Positions 28,110 to 36,778 of a stretch of DNA of 64,000 nucleotides are shown piece by piece. The stretch comes from an uncultured Candidatus Saccharibacteria bacterium (lineage in GTDB: Bacteria > Patescibacteriota > WWE3 > UBA101185 > UBA10185). Positions within the stretch are counted from its first letter, which is position 1. Every line of letters begins with the position of its first letter. Both the position numbers and the translations under genes were made by a program. The stretch lies in NCBI GenBank assembly GCA_964643995.1, contig CAZXUJ010000001.1:337492-401491 (forward strand). Reading direction: 5' to 3'. Under the pieces are notes generated by a model, which saw only the letters and a program-made list of their open reading frames with translations, did not search any database and was not told where the DNA came from.

Positions 28110-31100
28110 TTAAGCATTTGCAAAACTAAATTGTGCATTTGCTCTAATCCCTGAAAGTACCCCAAAGATTAAATCTCTTTCTGCGGGCCCAAATACTCCG
28201 TCTATTCCTCGGTCGTCAATAAAGGTGAATGGCTGATCGTATAGGTCACCTGGCTTAACAATTCCAGTAGCAACGATATGATCTATGACTTTATCTAAAA
28301 ACTGCATTTGAGCCGCATTTAGATTATGTTTTTGCATAAACTCACTAAAGGCTGCTTTTGCTATGTCTCTATCCAGTCCAACAAGACTTCGTATAAATTC
28401 TCCAACTGTTTGTCCTTTGAGTGCATTCTCGAACTCAGTTTTATCGATATCATAGTTACTGCTGATTAATAGTGCTTCAATTTCCTGTATATCCATCTGA
28501 TCTAGTTTTTCATTATTCTTAATTTTCTGTATTGCAGATACAAACTCATTTTCTCTAATGATGGATTGCACCCTTTTCAAATAGTTGTCCCTGTTAGGTG
28601 CGTCTTTAACTACCCCACTTGAAGTGACGGTTGAACCATAAATAGTATCCGTAAAGTTTGTGTAGACTGCCTTTCTGTCTGGTGGATCAAGAAGTTTGAT
28701 TAAATCTCGTAAATCCCTACGTATCTCTTCTAGATCTTCGGTAGTTGGATTAGACCAAAAAGCCTCTTCTTTGATTTTGTTTATAGTAGCAATCTTTTCA
28801 GCAACTGCAGGAATATTGGCTTTCTCAAATAGTAGATCTGCTAATGTCATTACTCTTTTCTTGCTATTAGTAAGATTCTTAGATTCTTTAAGTGATTCAA
28901 CTTGCAGATTTAACATGAGGGAATCAAATCTTCTAGCAAATTCATCGTCATCTACGACAAGATTTGAAAATGGAGCAATGTGTTCATTAACATCCAACAC
29001 ATCTTGTTTACTTAGATTTTCCCAACGATCACGACTACTAAATTCATCAATATATCGTTTGTGTTTGCGTAGACTAAAACTCATCGGAGCCATCTGAGTT
29101 ACATCTTCATGTAGGATATTTAACAAGCTAAGTCTAAAGTCTTGCAAAGGTTGATTTTCGCTATACTTTCCTCCTTGTAGTTCATGCGCCAACTCAACTC
29201 GTCTTTCAAAAATCAATTGTGACAGTGGTTTCTGAGTTGAGCCTTTAATCCCCTCAGGATTGACTTTAAAGAATTCAAAATTTCCACAGAAATCAAAAAT
29301 CAAAAATTCTTTCTTATCGCCTTCTGGGCTATCCGGGCCAAACAGTTTTGGACATAAGCGAGTACCACGTCCTATCATTTGCCAGAATTTTGCTTTGGAA
29401 CGAGTAATTTTGAAAAAGACCAAGTTAACAATTTCAGGAATATCTATACCGGTATCAAGCATGTCTACCGAAACAGCAATAAAAGGGCTATCTGGTTTAT
29501 TTTGCTTAAATTCGTCAATTAAGGTATGAGAATAGTCGGCATAGTTATCGATCACTCTTAGTGCTCTGCCACTATAATGTGGGTAATTTTTGTTAAATCT
29601 CTCCTGAATAAACATGGCATGTTCGTGTCTTTTTGCAAAGATGATGGTTTTACCCAACCTATCACCACCTTCAACTTTTATTCCATTTTCCATTAAGTGC
29701 GCTAAAACCTGATCAACAGTATTTGTGTTGAATACCCAATCATTAAATTGAGATGGCGCAATCATCAATGGTAGTTGTCCGTCATCATCCTCAAAGGTCA
29801 TTTCATACATTTCTTTCTCTTCCTCGCTCAATTCGTCATATGTTAGACCTTCTGTTAAAAATTTGAGGGGTACATCAATCTGTTTTGGAGGTACTAAAAA
29901 CTTATCTTCAACTGCCTGATCTAGTTCATATGAATAAGTTGGGTTGTGGTCTTCTAGTCCAAATAATTCATAAGTGTTGTGATCAACCTCAGCTTTTGGA
30001 GTAGCAGTCAAGCCAATAAGTAGTGAATCAAAGTAATCAAAGATAGCACCATATTTCTGATATACACTCCTGTGTGCCTCATCAATGATAATCAAGTCAA
30101 ATCTACCAATACCAAATCTCTTTACTCCATCCTTCTTTGATTCATCAATCATATTCATCATAGTCGGATATGTGGAGAAAACGATGCGAGAAGTTGTATC
30201 TTCCTTTTCTTTGGTGATATCGATTGTAGTGGCTTCAGGATACAAATCATTAAAAGCCTCCTTAGCTTGAGTTAATAGAGCGTTTCTGTCTGCTAAGAAT
30301 AATACGTTTTTAATCCAGCCTTGCTTCATCAGTAACTCCACTAGAGCAATTGAAACTCTAGTTTTACCCGTTCCCGTTGCCATGACTATCAATGATCTTC
30401 TTTCTTTATGTTCTAGTTGTTCCAATACACTTTGGATTGCTAGTTTTTGGTAATACCTTCCAGCAACTTCATCATTGACCTGTGCTTCCAACAAACTCTT
30501 GCGAGTTTTGCGACGATTGATCATTGTTTGAAGCTGATCCTTAGTGTAAAAACCTTGAATAGGTCGCGGCGGATACATATCATCTTCCCAAATCCAATGA
30601 TCATATCCATTGGTATAGAAGATTACTGGCCTTTGCCCGTGTTTCTTTTCCAAGGCGTTTGCATACAGTTCTGCTTGCCTTTGTCCTTTTTGAGCATCAT
30701 GAGTTGTCCGTTTAGCTTCTACCAAACCTACTGGTAAACCATCATCTCCCCATAAAACATAGTCTACGTACCCAATACCTTTGTTGTTGGGCATACCCTC
30801 CACTTCGTATTCAGCTACATTTTCACCTTGTGGATCCCAGCCAGCCTCTTTTAGTAACAAGTCTATAAATAATTCTCTAGTTTCAGCCTCAGAATAGTCT
30901 TTTTGACTAACTTGTTTCTTATTCTTTTCCTTAGTGACTTGTATTTGTGTACGAAGTTCTTTAAGTTCCTCTTCATATTCAACTAACAGTAACTTCTGTT
31001 GTTCAAATTCTTTACCTTGTGAATCGAGCTTATCTTGCAATTGTTGTAGTTCTTCAGCATTTTTATCAGCCTCTCCTTCACGAGGAATAAAGGATTCTGA

Positions 31101-31502
31101 ATATTGCGGCAATTCTGGTTGCTCTTCACTGTATTGCATAGCCATCCATTCGCAGAAGTTGTAGAGATTTCTCAGAGAAGCTAGCGATTCTTTTTCACTA
31201 ATTGGTTTTCGGCTATGAACAGCTTGATTGCCAATTTTGCGGATGTAGTTGATCAAGTGAAAAAGGTTATATGGCAATAATCTTTTGAAACTTGGTTCAT
31301 GCATTAGGGCAGCCAAGTGTGTTTCGTAAGGTTGCTGCAAATCAGAGTCGTGTAAATACAACCAGTTGATGATCAGCTCTACAGTGCGTCGCGCGTAAAA
31401 CACCGAAGTGCGTGGTGCAGTAAACGTATGCTGTTCTGTTTGTAAAGCCTCTTCATAAATCTGCGGCCAGTTATTTTCTAAAAATGTAAAGTTTGATTTC
31501 AT
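28110..31502 (-). CDS. hsdR: Type I restriction enzyme R subunit
   Basis: N-terminal FLENNWPQIYEEALQTE-type domain, PD-(D/E)xK nuclease motif GYVDYVLWGDDGLPVGLVEAKRT, helicase motif I MATGTGKT, DEAH box IIIDEAHRS, and HsdR C-terminal domain; 1130 aa. Confidence 0.85.
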   Translation of the reverse strand: MKSNFTFLENNWPQIYEEALQTEQHTFTAPRTSVFYARRTVELIINWLYLHDSDLQQPYETHLAALMHEPSFKRLLPYNLFHLINYIRKIGNQAVHSRKPISEKESLASLRNLYNFCEWMAMQYSEEQPELPQYSESFIPREGEADKNAEELQQLQDKLDSQGKEFEQQKLLLVEYEEELKELRTQIQVTKEKNKKQVSQKDYSEAETRELFIDLLLKEAGWDPQGENVAEYEVEGMPNNKGIGYVDYVLWGDDGLPVGLVEAKRTTHDAQKGQRQAELYANALEKKHGQRPVIFYTNGYDHWIWEDDMYPPRPIQGFYTKDQLQTMINRRKTRKSLLEAQVNDEVAGRYYQKLAIQSVLEQLEHKERRSLIVMATGTGKTRVSIALVELLMKQGWIKNVLFLADRNALLTQAKEAFNDLYPEATTIDITKEKEDTTSRIVFSTYPTMMNMIDESKKDGVKRFGIGRFDLIIIDEAHRSVYQKYGAIFDYFDSLLIGLTATPKAEVDHNTYELFGLEDHNPTYSYELDQAVEDKFLVPPKQIDVPLKFLTEGLTYDELSEEEKEMYEMTFEDDDGQLPLMIAPSQFNDWVFNTNTVDQVLAHLMENGIKVEGGDRLGKTIIFAKRHEHAMFIQERFNKNYPHYSGRALRVIDNYADYSHTLIDEFKQNKPDSPFIAVSVDMLDTGIDIPEIVNLVFFKITRSKAKFWQMIGRGTRLCPKLFGPDSPEGDKKEFLIFDFCGNFEFFKVNPEGIKGSTQKPLSQLIFERRVELAHELQGGKYSENQPLQDFRLSLLNILHEDVTQMAPMSFSLRKHKRYIDEFSSRDRWENLSKQDVLDVNEHIAPFSNLVVDDDEFARRFDSLMLNLQVESLKESKNLTNSKKRVMTLADLLFEKANIPAVAEKIATINKIKEEAFWSNPTTEDLEEIRRDLRDLIKLLDPPDRKAVYTNFTDTIYGSTVTSSGVVKDAPNRDNYLKRVQSIIRENEFVSAIQKIKNNEKLDQMDIQEIEALLISSNYDIDKTEFENALKGQTVGEFIRSLVGLDRDIAKAAFSEFMQKHNLNAAQMQFLDKVIDHIVATGIVKPGDLYDQPFTFIDDRGIDGVFGPAERDLIFGVLSGIRANAQFSFANA

Positions 31503-32152
31503 AAACTAAATGATTCCACTAATGCAAATAAATTTTTAATAGCAGGATTTTCCGAAAAATAAAAACGATTATCCTCAAGATTCTTTCTGAGAAAGAATTG
31601 ATAATCTACCTCATTCTCTGTAGATATTGTCATCACAAAATCTAGATAGGGATATTTTAACTTAATTTCTTCATCAATCTCATAAGAATCAAGATTTTCA
31701 TCATATCGAAAACCAAATCTTTCTAATAAATTATTCCTATCAACATCTAAGTGATAGGCAAATACTCCAAATAACGGGATATTATCTTTATCCAAGTTTT
31801 TGATAATTTCAGCATCTTCATTTGCCTTTTTAAGATGTTGATTGGTAAGCCTACTTTTTATTTCCAACACTAGTTTGCAATAACGCACATGCATAACAAC
31901 ATTTCTGCTATTCGGTGGATCCAAGGGAGCACTAATTGAACAAAAAATGCTGTCGCATTGGGGACTGTGGGAGTCGTTGTCATTAAATAGTTCACCACTC
32001 TTAACAACTATATTTTTGTGTCGATTTAAAATTAAATCTTTCAAAAAGTCTTCCCTAACTGTTCCTAGGGTTGGTTTATGGATAAACTCACTAGAAACTT
32101 CATATTGAGCTAGAAGAAGTTTTTGATAATACTCAAAAACTGCATTAGACAT
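31499..32152 (-). CDS. Hypothetical protein inserted between hsdS and hsdR (possible D...ExK nuclease-like)
   Basis: 217-aa ORF overlapping hsdS by 8 nt at its start and overlapping hsdR's start (ATGA). QCDSIF ... CKLVLEIKSR gives a D...ExK-like pattern; this is an inference. Confidence 0.45.
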   Translation of the reverse strand: MSNAVFEYYQKLLLAQYEVSSEFIHKPTLGTVREDFLKDLILNRHKNIVVKSGELFNDNDSHSPQCDSIFCSISAPLDPPNSRNVVMHVRYCKLVLEIKSRLTNQHLKKANEDAEIIKNLDKDNIPLFGVFAYHLDVDRNNLLERFGFRYDENLDSYEIDEEIKLKYPYLDFVMTISTENEVDYQFFLRKNLEDNRFYFSENPAIKNLFALVESFSL

Positions 32153-33323
32153 TTAGACCTCCTATAAATGCTTTTTGCAGTAGAGATCTAAATAATATAT
32201 TGGTTACCTCTTTCGAGTTAATCATTGATTTTTTATTATCATCAATTGATTCAATTAACAACCTATACCTAGTCTGTAACTCAATAGGTGGTGTCAATAC
32301 GCTTATTTTTAATAAATTAGTTTGATTAATACCAGAGATTGTTGACTGAGTAATGTAGGGCTTAACATATTTATTTTTTGACCTTGTGTTGTTAAAAAAC
32401 TGCAGTAAATATTCACTATCAATTTTTGTTTGATTGGGTCTCACTCTAATTAGTGAGGATTCAAACACTAAATCATTGTTATCAATATTCCTAACAATGC
32501 TAGCCTTTGCTGCACCTTCAAGAACCAAAGATCTTCGTGCTATTAACAAATCATTATTATTTAATTGGTATTTTTCCAAATCATCCTTTGTTAACTCAAC
32601 AGACTGTTCAACCTCAGGTGTTACAACATCAGAAAATGCATCTGACATATGCACCATGGGAGTTCCCTCAACATTGTATTTTTCTTTTGGTAGGTATAAG
32701 CCATTTTTTGTATCTTCGACCAATTTATCCAAGGTAATCTCATCCCAGTTTTTAGGATTAGAGGCGGGATCTCCAAAAATTTCATAAAAAATAGCCTCTT
32801 TTAGTTCAGCCAATTTTTCAATTGTTTTTTCTCTTTTCTTTTGCATAGCATCGGCCTCGTCCAAAATCTCCACAATTTGCTGTTGTACTTTAAGTTGAGG
32901 AAGGGGGACTTTAATTTTTTTTAAGTATTTAAAATGACGGCTATACCCGTCATTAGGAAGATTTAATGTATGAAAAAAATAGTAGGCATACTTTGGCTCA
33001 ATCTTTTTATTGCAAGAAATAATTTTGGTACCATCTGCCCCAGCCGCAAAATCAAAATCGATATATTTAAACTTTCTAGTGTGATCCCCAAAAATAATTA
33101 GAGGTTGTGATGCTTCAATAATACCAATATTATTGTTCGTATAACCACCTATAAGCTCATCTCCCTGATCAACGATTGGATAAACCCCCTCATCTATATA
33201 AGATGATTTCTTGAACTTTTTTGGAGGTGTGATGGTATCAAACAAGGCATCAAAGGTAGCAATATCCCAAGTATTTGGCAGACTAGAAAATAATGCTGGA
33301 TTTTGAATTACACTATTTATCAT
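32145..33323 (-). CDS. hsdS: Type I restriction-modification specificity subunit
   Basis: Two target-recognition domains separated by the conserved central helix (LPLPQLKVQQQIVEILDEADAMQKKRE), with a conserved C-terminal repeat (LLQKAFIGGL). Confidence 0.8.
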   Translation of the reverse strand: MINSVIQNPALFSSLPNTWDIATFDALFDTITPPKKFKKSSYIDEGVYPIVDQGDELIGGYTNNNIGIIEASQPLIIFGDHTRKFKYIDFDFAAGADGTKIISCNKKIEPKYAYYFFHTLNLPNDGYSRHFKYLKKIKVPLPQLKVQQQIVEILDEADAMQKKREKTIEKLAELKEAIFYEIFGDPASNPKNWDEITLDKLVEDTKNGLYLPKEKYNVEGTPMVHMSDAFSDVVTPEVEQSVELTKDDLEKYQLNNNDLLIARRSLVLEGAAKASIVRNIDNNDLVFESSLIRVRPNQTKIDSEYLLQFFNNTRSKNKYVKPYITQSTISGINQTNLLKISVLTPPIELQTRYRLLIESIDDNKKSMINSKEVTNILFRSLLQKAFIGGLNV

Positions 33324-34840
33324 AGGTTAGTTTTTAATCTCTTTAGACTTTCCTGAATTTCATATTCAATTTTTTCTAAATCCTCAATAATCCTCTTTGG
33401 TTCTTCATATTCCACGTCTTCATACTCAATCTCTTTATACCGATTTATTGAGAGGTCATAGTCATTTTCGCGGATTTCTTTGACTGGCACTACGAAAGAT
33501 TGATCGGTTCTTACCCTGGCTTCTTCATCTTTAAGATTATGATAGCGTTTGATGATATCGGGAGTGTTATTTTCCTCATGTTTTTCAAGATCAAGCTCTT
33601 GGCGTTTATCATCAAGCGAATACCCATCAGCCTTCATGTCATAAAACCAAACGTTATCAGTACCGCCTGAGTTGGTCTTTGTAAACAGAAGCACTGCAGT
33701 AGAAACACCCGCGTAAGGTTTGAATACACCAGATGGCATGGATATTACTCCTTGAAGCTGATGATCATCTATAAGAAGTTTTCTAATTGCCTTATGCGCA
33801 TTGGAGCTACCAAACAACACACCATCGGGAACAATTACTGCGGCACGGCCACCAGTTCTAAGTTGTTGGATAAATAATGCAATAAACAACAACTCAGTTT
33901 TCTTAGTTCGGACAATCTGCAATAAATCATTTGCTACCACTTCATAATCCAACGATCCTTTAAATGGAGGATTGGCTAGAATCACATCATATTTGTTTCT
34001 TGTTTCTGCTTGGCTTTGAGATAGTGCATCCTTGTCAGTCACGTTGGGGTTTTCGATACCGTGAAGCACTAAGTTCATCACAGCAATACGGATCATAGTA
34101 CGATCAAAGTCGTTGCCATAAAACATAGTGTTGTTGAAATGATCTCGCAATTTATCATCAGTAAATATTTCGGGATAGGTATCACGGACATATTCACTAG
34201 CTGCTACTAAAAATCCTCCAGTTCCACAAGCAGGATCCGCAATCTTGTCAGTTCGCTTTGGTTCCACCAACTCAACCATCATTTTAATAATGTGTCGTGG
34301 AGTTCTAAATTGACCGTTTCTACCTGCCGTCGCTATTTTTGAAAGTAAGTATTCGTACACATCTCCCTTGGTATCTCTGTCATGCATCTTGATTTCATTG
34401 AGCATGTTGACGACCTTGTCCAACAGGTTTGGGGTAGGAATCATGAAGGTTGCATCTTTCATGTATTGGGTATAGGTGTCCTCTGTTTTGCCATTTAGGT
34501 TTTTTATAAAGGGAAAAACATCCTCAGAAACAATCTCATACATCTTTTTGGGCTCAAGATCTTTAAACCTAGACCAACGCAGTTGTTGTTGATTATCAGA
34601 AAAGATTGGCTTAGTTATTTCAGTTTTTTGTGCGTTAGCCTTATTTTCACGCAGTGTGTGGATTTCATCTAAACGTTTAATAAAAAGGAGATATGTGATT
34701 TGTTCTATGACTGTTAGTGGATTAGAAATACCACCTGTCCAAAAAGCATCCCATACTCTGTCAATTTCTGTTTTTAATTTTCCTGTTAACATAAGGACAT
34801 TATAACTCGTGATTTTGTTGTAGTCCTGCAATTTATACAA
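33320..34840 (-). CDS. hsdM: Type I restriction-modification DNA methyltransferase subunit (N6-adenine)
   Basis: HsdM N-terminal domain, motif I DPACGTGGFL, motif IV ILANPPFKGS. The stop overlaps the hsdS start. Confidence 0.85.
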   Translation of the reverse strand: MYKLQDYNKITSYNVLMLTGKLKTEIDRVWDAFWTGGISNPLTVIEQITYLLFIKRLDEIHTLRENKANAQKTEITKPIFSDNQQQLRWSRFKDLEPKKMYEIVSEDVFPFIKNLNGKTEDTYTQYMKDATFMIPTPNLLDKVVNMLNEIKMHDRDTKGDVYEYLLSKIATAGRNGQFRTPRHIIKMMVELVEPKRTDKIADPACGTGGFLVAASEYVRDTYPEIFTDDKLRDHFNNTMFYGNDFDRTMIRIAVMNLVLHGIENPNVTDKDALSQSQAETRNKYDVILANPPFKGSLDYEVVANDLLQIVRTKKTELLFIALFIQQLRTGGRAAVIVPDGVLFGSSNAHKAIRKLLIDDHQLQGVISMPSGVFKPYAGVSTAVLLFTKTNSGGTDNVWFYDMKADGYSLDDKRQELDLEKHEENNTPDIIKRYHNLKDEEARVRTDQSFVVPVKEIRENDYDLSINRYKEIEYEDVEYEEPKRIIEDLEKIEYEIQESLKRLKTNL

Positions 34841-35054
34841 TATTAGTTAGCGGTTGCACCCCCTCTTGTCAAGTAGGGGTTGGTTTGACAACTAAAAACA
34901 AGTGTTGTACTTTATAATTATTGAGAGTTGAATAGTAAAAAAATACCTACCTCTTACTTCATAGTAAGCAGGTTATGCTCGATATGTATGGGGCCGAGCG
35001 TTAGGAAGTAATCACTTCGATTATTTTCTGGCGTTCGGCCCTTTTTTTGTTTGT

Positions 35055-36374
35055 ATGAAAGAAGAATTAAAAATAATAAAAGTTAATATTAAGGACTTAA
35101 AAGTTGCAGATTATAACCCTCGAAAGTGGGATAAAACAAAAACTCAAAATTTAAAAGAAAGTATTGGAAAATTTGGGCTAGTTGATCCCTTGATTGTTAA
35201 TTCTGCACCAAGTAGAAATAATGTTGTAATTGGTGGCCATTTTCGCTTACAAGTTGTCAAAGAACTTGGCTATGCAGATGTACCAATTGTCTATTTAAAT
35301 ATTCCAGATATTGAAAAAGAAAAGGAATTGAATGTAAGGCTTAATAAGAATACAGGTGATTGGGATTACAAGTTGTTAGCCGAGTTTGACTCCTCCTTAC
35401 TAGATATTGTTGGTTTTAACAGTGAGGAGCTAGACGATATCTTTGGTTTAGACGAAACCCCAGAAGAGTTTAATCTGCAAAAAGAGTTAGAAAAATTAAA
35501 CATTCAAGAAATTTCTACAGTAGATGGTGATATCTATCAATTGGGTGAACATCGCCTAATGTGTGGTAATTCAACAATAGAAGATGATGTCCTAAAACTC
35601 ATGGACGGCGAAAAAGCGGATATGTGTTTTACAGACCCTCCATATATTCTCGACTATTTGAAAGGTAAAAAGAAAAGCGATAAGGGTTTTGGACTAAAGA
35701 AAAATAGAAGGTATTTAGGTACAGATTCATTGCCTGATGATTTCACTGAATTATGGATGTCAAACATCTCAAAAGTACAAAAGGATGACTTCTCAATCAT
35801 TGTTTTTGAGAATTGGAAAAACATAAGAACTATCTGGGATGCAATGGAAGATTACTGGAAAGTTAAAAACATGATTGTTTGGCATGTTCCAAATAGGACA
35901 CAGGGGTTTTCTGGAAAATACAGATTTTTCTCAAAGCATGATATTGCAATGGTTGGTGCGTCTCCAAATTCTGATATTCCTTTTAATCTAGAAGAAGAAA
36001 TTGAGGGTCTACAAAATGAGTATGAAACGGCACTATATGCAATTTCTGGTAAACCTCATTGGGAAAGTTATAAAAAGGGTAAAAAATACCAACCAACAGA
36101 TTATATTGATCATCCTGTAGATGATGCCAAACATTCAGGACAAGGTATCGTATTTGGTACGAAACCAATAGAAATATTAATTCCCTATATAAAAGTTTTA
36201 ACTAAAAGAAATGATTTAATAATTGAGCCTTTTGGTGGTAGTGGCTCTACTCTTATTGCCTCTACAAAGATGAAAAGAAGATGCTATGTGATGGAAAAAT
36301 CCCCCGTTTATGTAGAAATAATAAAACATAGATGGGAAAAATTGACTGGGCAGAAAGGGGTAAAAATACAATGA
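35055..36374 (+). CDS. ParB-like nuclease domain fused to DNA methyltransferase (phage-type orphan N6A/N4C MTase)
   Basis: N-terminal ParB/Srx fold (KVADYNPRKW..., GGHFRLQVVKELG). C-terminal MTase motifs DPPY (MCFTDPPY) and FGGSGST (IIEPFGGSGSTLIAS). Confidence 0.8.
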   Translation: MKEELKIIKVNIKDLKVADYNPRKWDKTKTQNLKESIGKFGLVDPLIVNSAPSRNNVVIGGHFRLQVVKELGYADVPIVYLNIPDIEKEKELNVRLNKNTGDWDYKLLAEFDSSLLDIVGFNSEELDDIFGLDETPEEFNLQKELEKLNIQEISTVDGDIYQLGEHRLMCGNSTIEDDVLKLMDGEKADMCFTDPPYILDYLKGKKKSDKGFGLKKNRRYLGTDSLPDDFTELWMSNISKVQKDDFSIIVFENWKNIRTIWDAMEDYWKVKNMIVWHVPNRTQGFSGKYRFFSKHDIAMVGASPNSDIPFNLEEEIEGLQNEYETALYAISGKPHWESYKKGKKYQPTDYIDHPVDDAKHSGQGIVFGTKPIEILIPYIKVLTKRNDLIIEPFGGSGSTLIASTKMKRRCYVMEKSPVYVEIIKHRWEKLTGQKGVKIQ

Positions 36375-36778
36375 GCAAATTAATTCAAAAAAGGCAAAAG
36401 CAAGAAAAAGAAGCATTAATAGAACAATTGAAGAAAACCCCAATAATACAAATGGCGTGCAAAAATGCAGGTGTTGGGAGAGCAACATACTATCGCTGGA
36501 GAAACCAAGATTACAAATTCGCACAAAAAGCAGATGAAGCATTAGAAATGAGTGTAAGTCTTATGAATGATTTAGCTGAGTCCCAGCTTATATCAGCAAT
36601 TAGAGACAAAAACATGACTGCAATAATCTTTTGGTTAAAACATAGGCATCAAGGTTATTCCACAAAAGTACTACTTTCTGGCTCCCTTGAGACCTCTATA
36701 AAGCTTTCTCCTGAACAACAGAAAGTATTTAAAAAAGCCGTACATTTAGTTTTTGGTGAGAATTCAGATGTCGAATAA
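36371..36778 (+). CDS. terS: Phage terminase small subunit (HTH-containing)
   Basis: HTH GVGRATYYRWRN and the IIFWLKHRH motif typical of small terminases. ATGA overlap with the upstream MTase; followed directly by terL. Confidence 0.6.
   Translation: MSKLIQKRQKQEKEALIEQLKKTPIIQMACKNAGVGRATYYRWRNQDYKFAQKADEALEMSVSLMNDLAESQLISAIRDKNMTAIIFWLKHRHQGYSTKVLLSGSLETSIKLSPEQQKVFKKAVHLVFGENSDVE

Noticed and set aside
28696-31164. Several 60-133-aa plus-strand ORFs inside hsdR, and similar antisense ORFs inside hamB, hsdS and the 372-aa gene
   Set aside because: All lie antisense to long, motif-supported genes in an AT-rich region. Their translations are Ser/Leu/Ile-rich low-complexity sequence typical of antisense frames.
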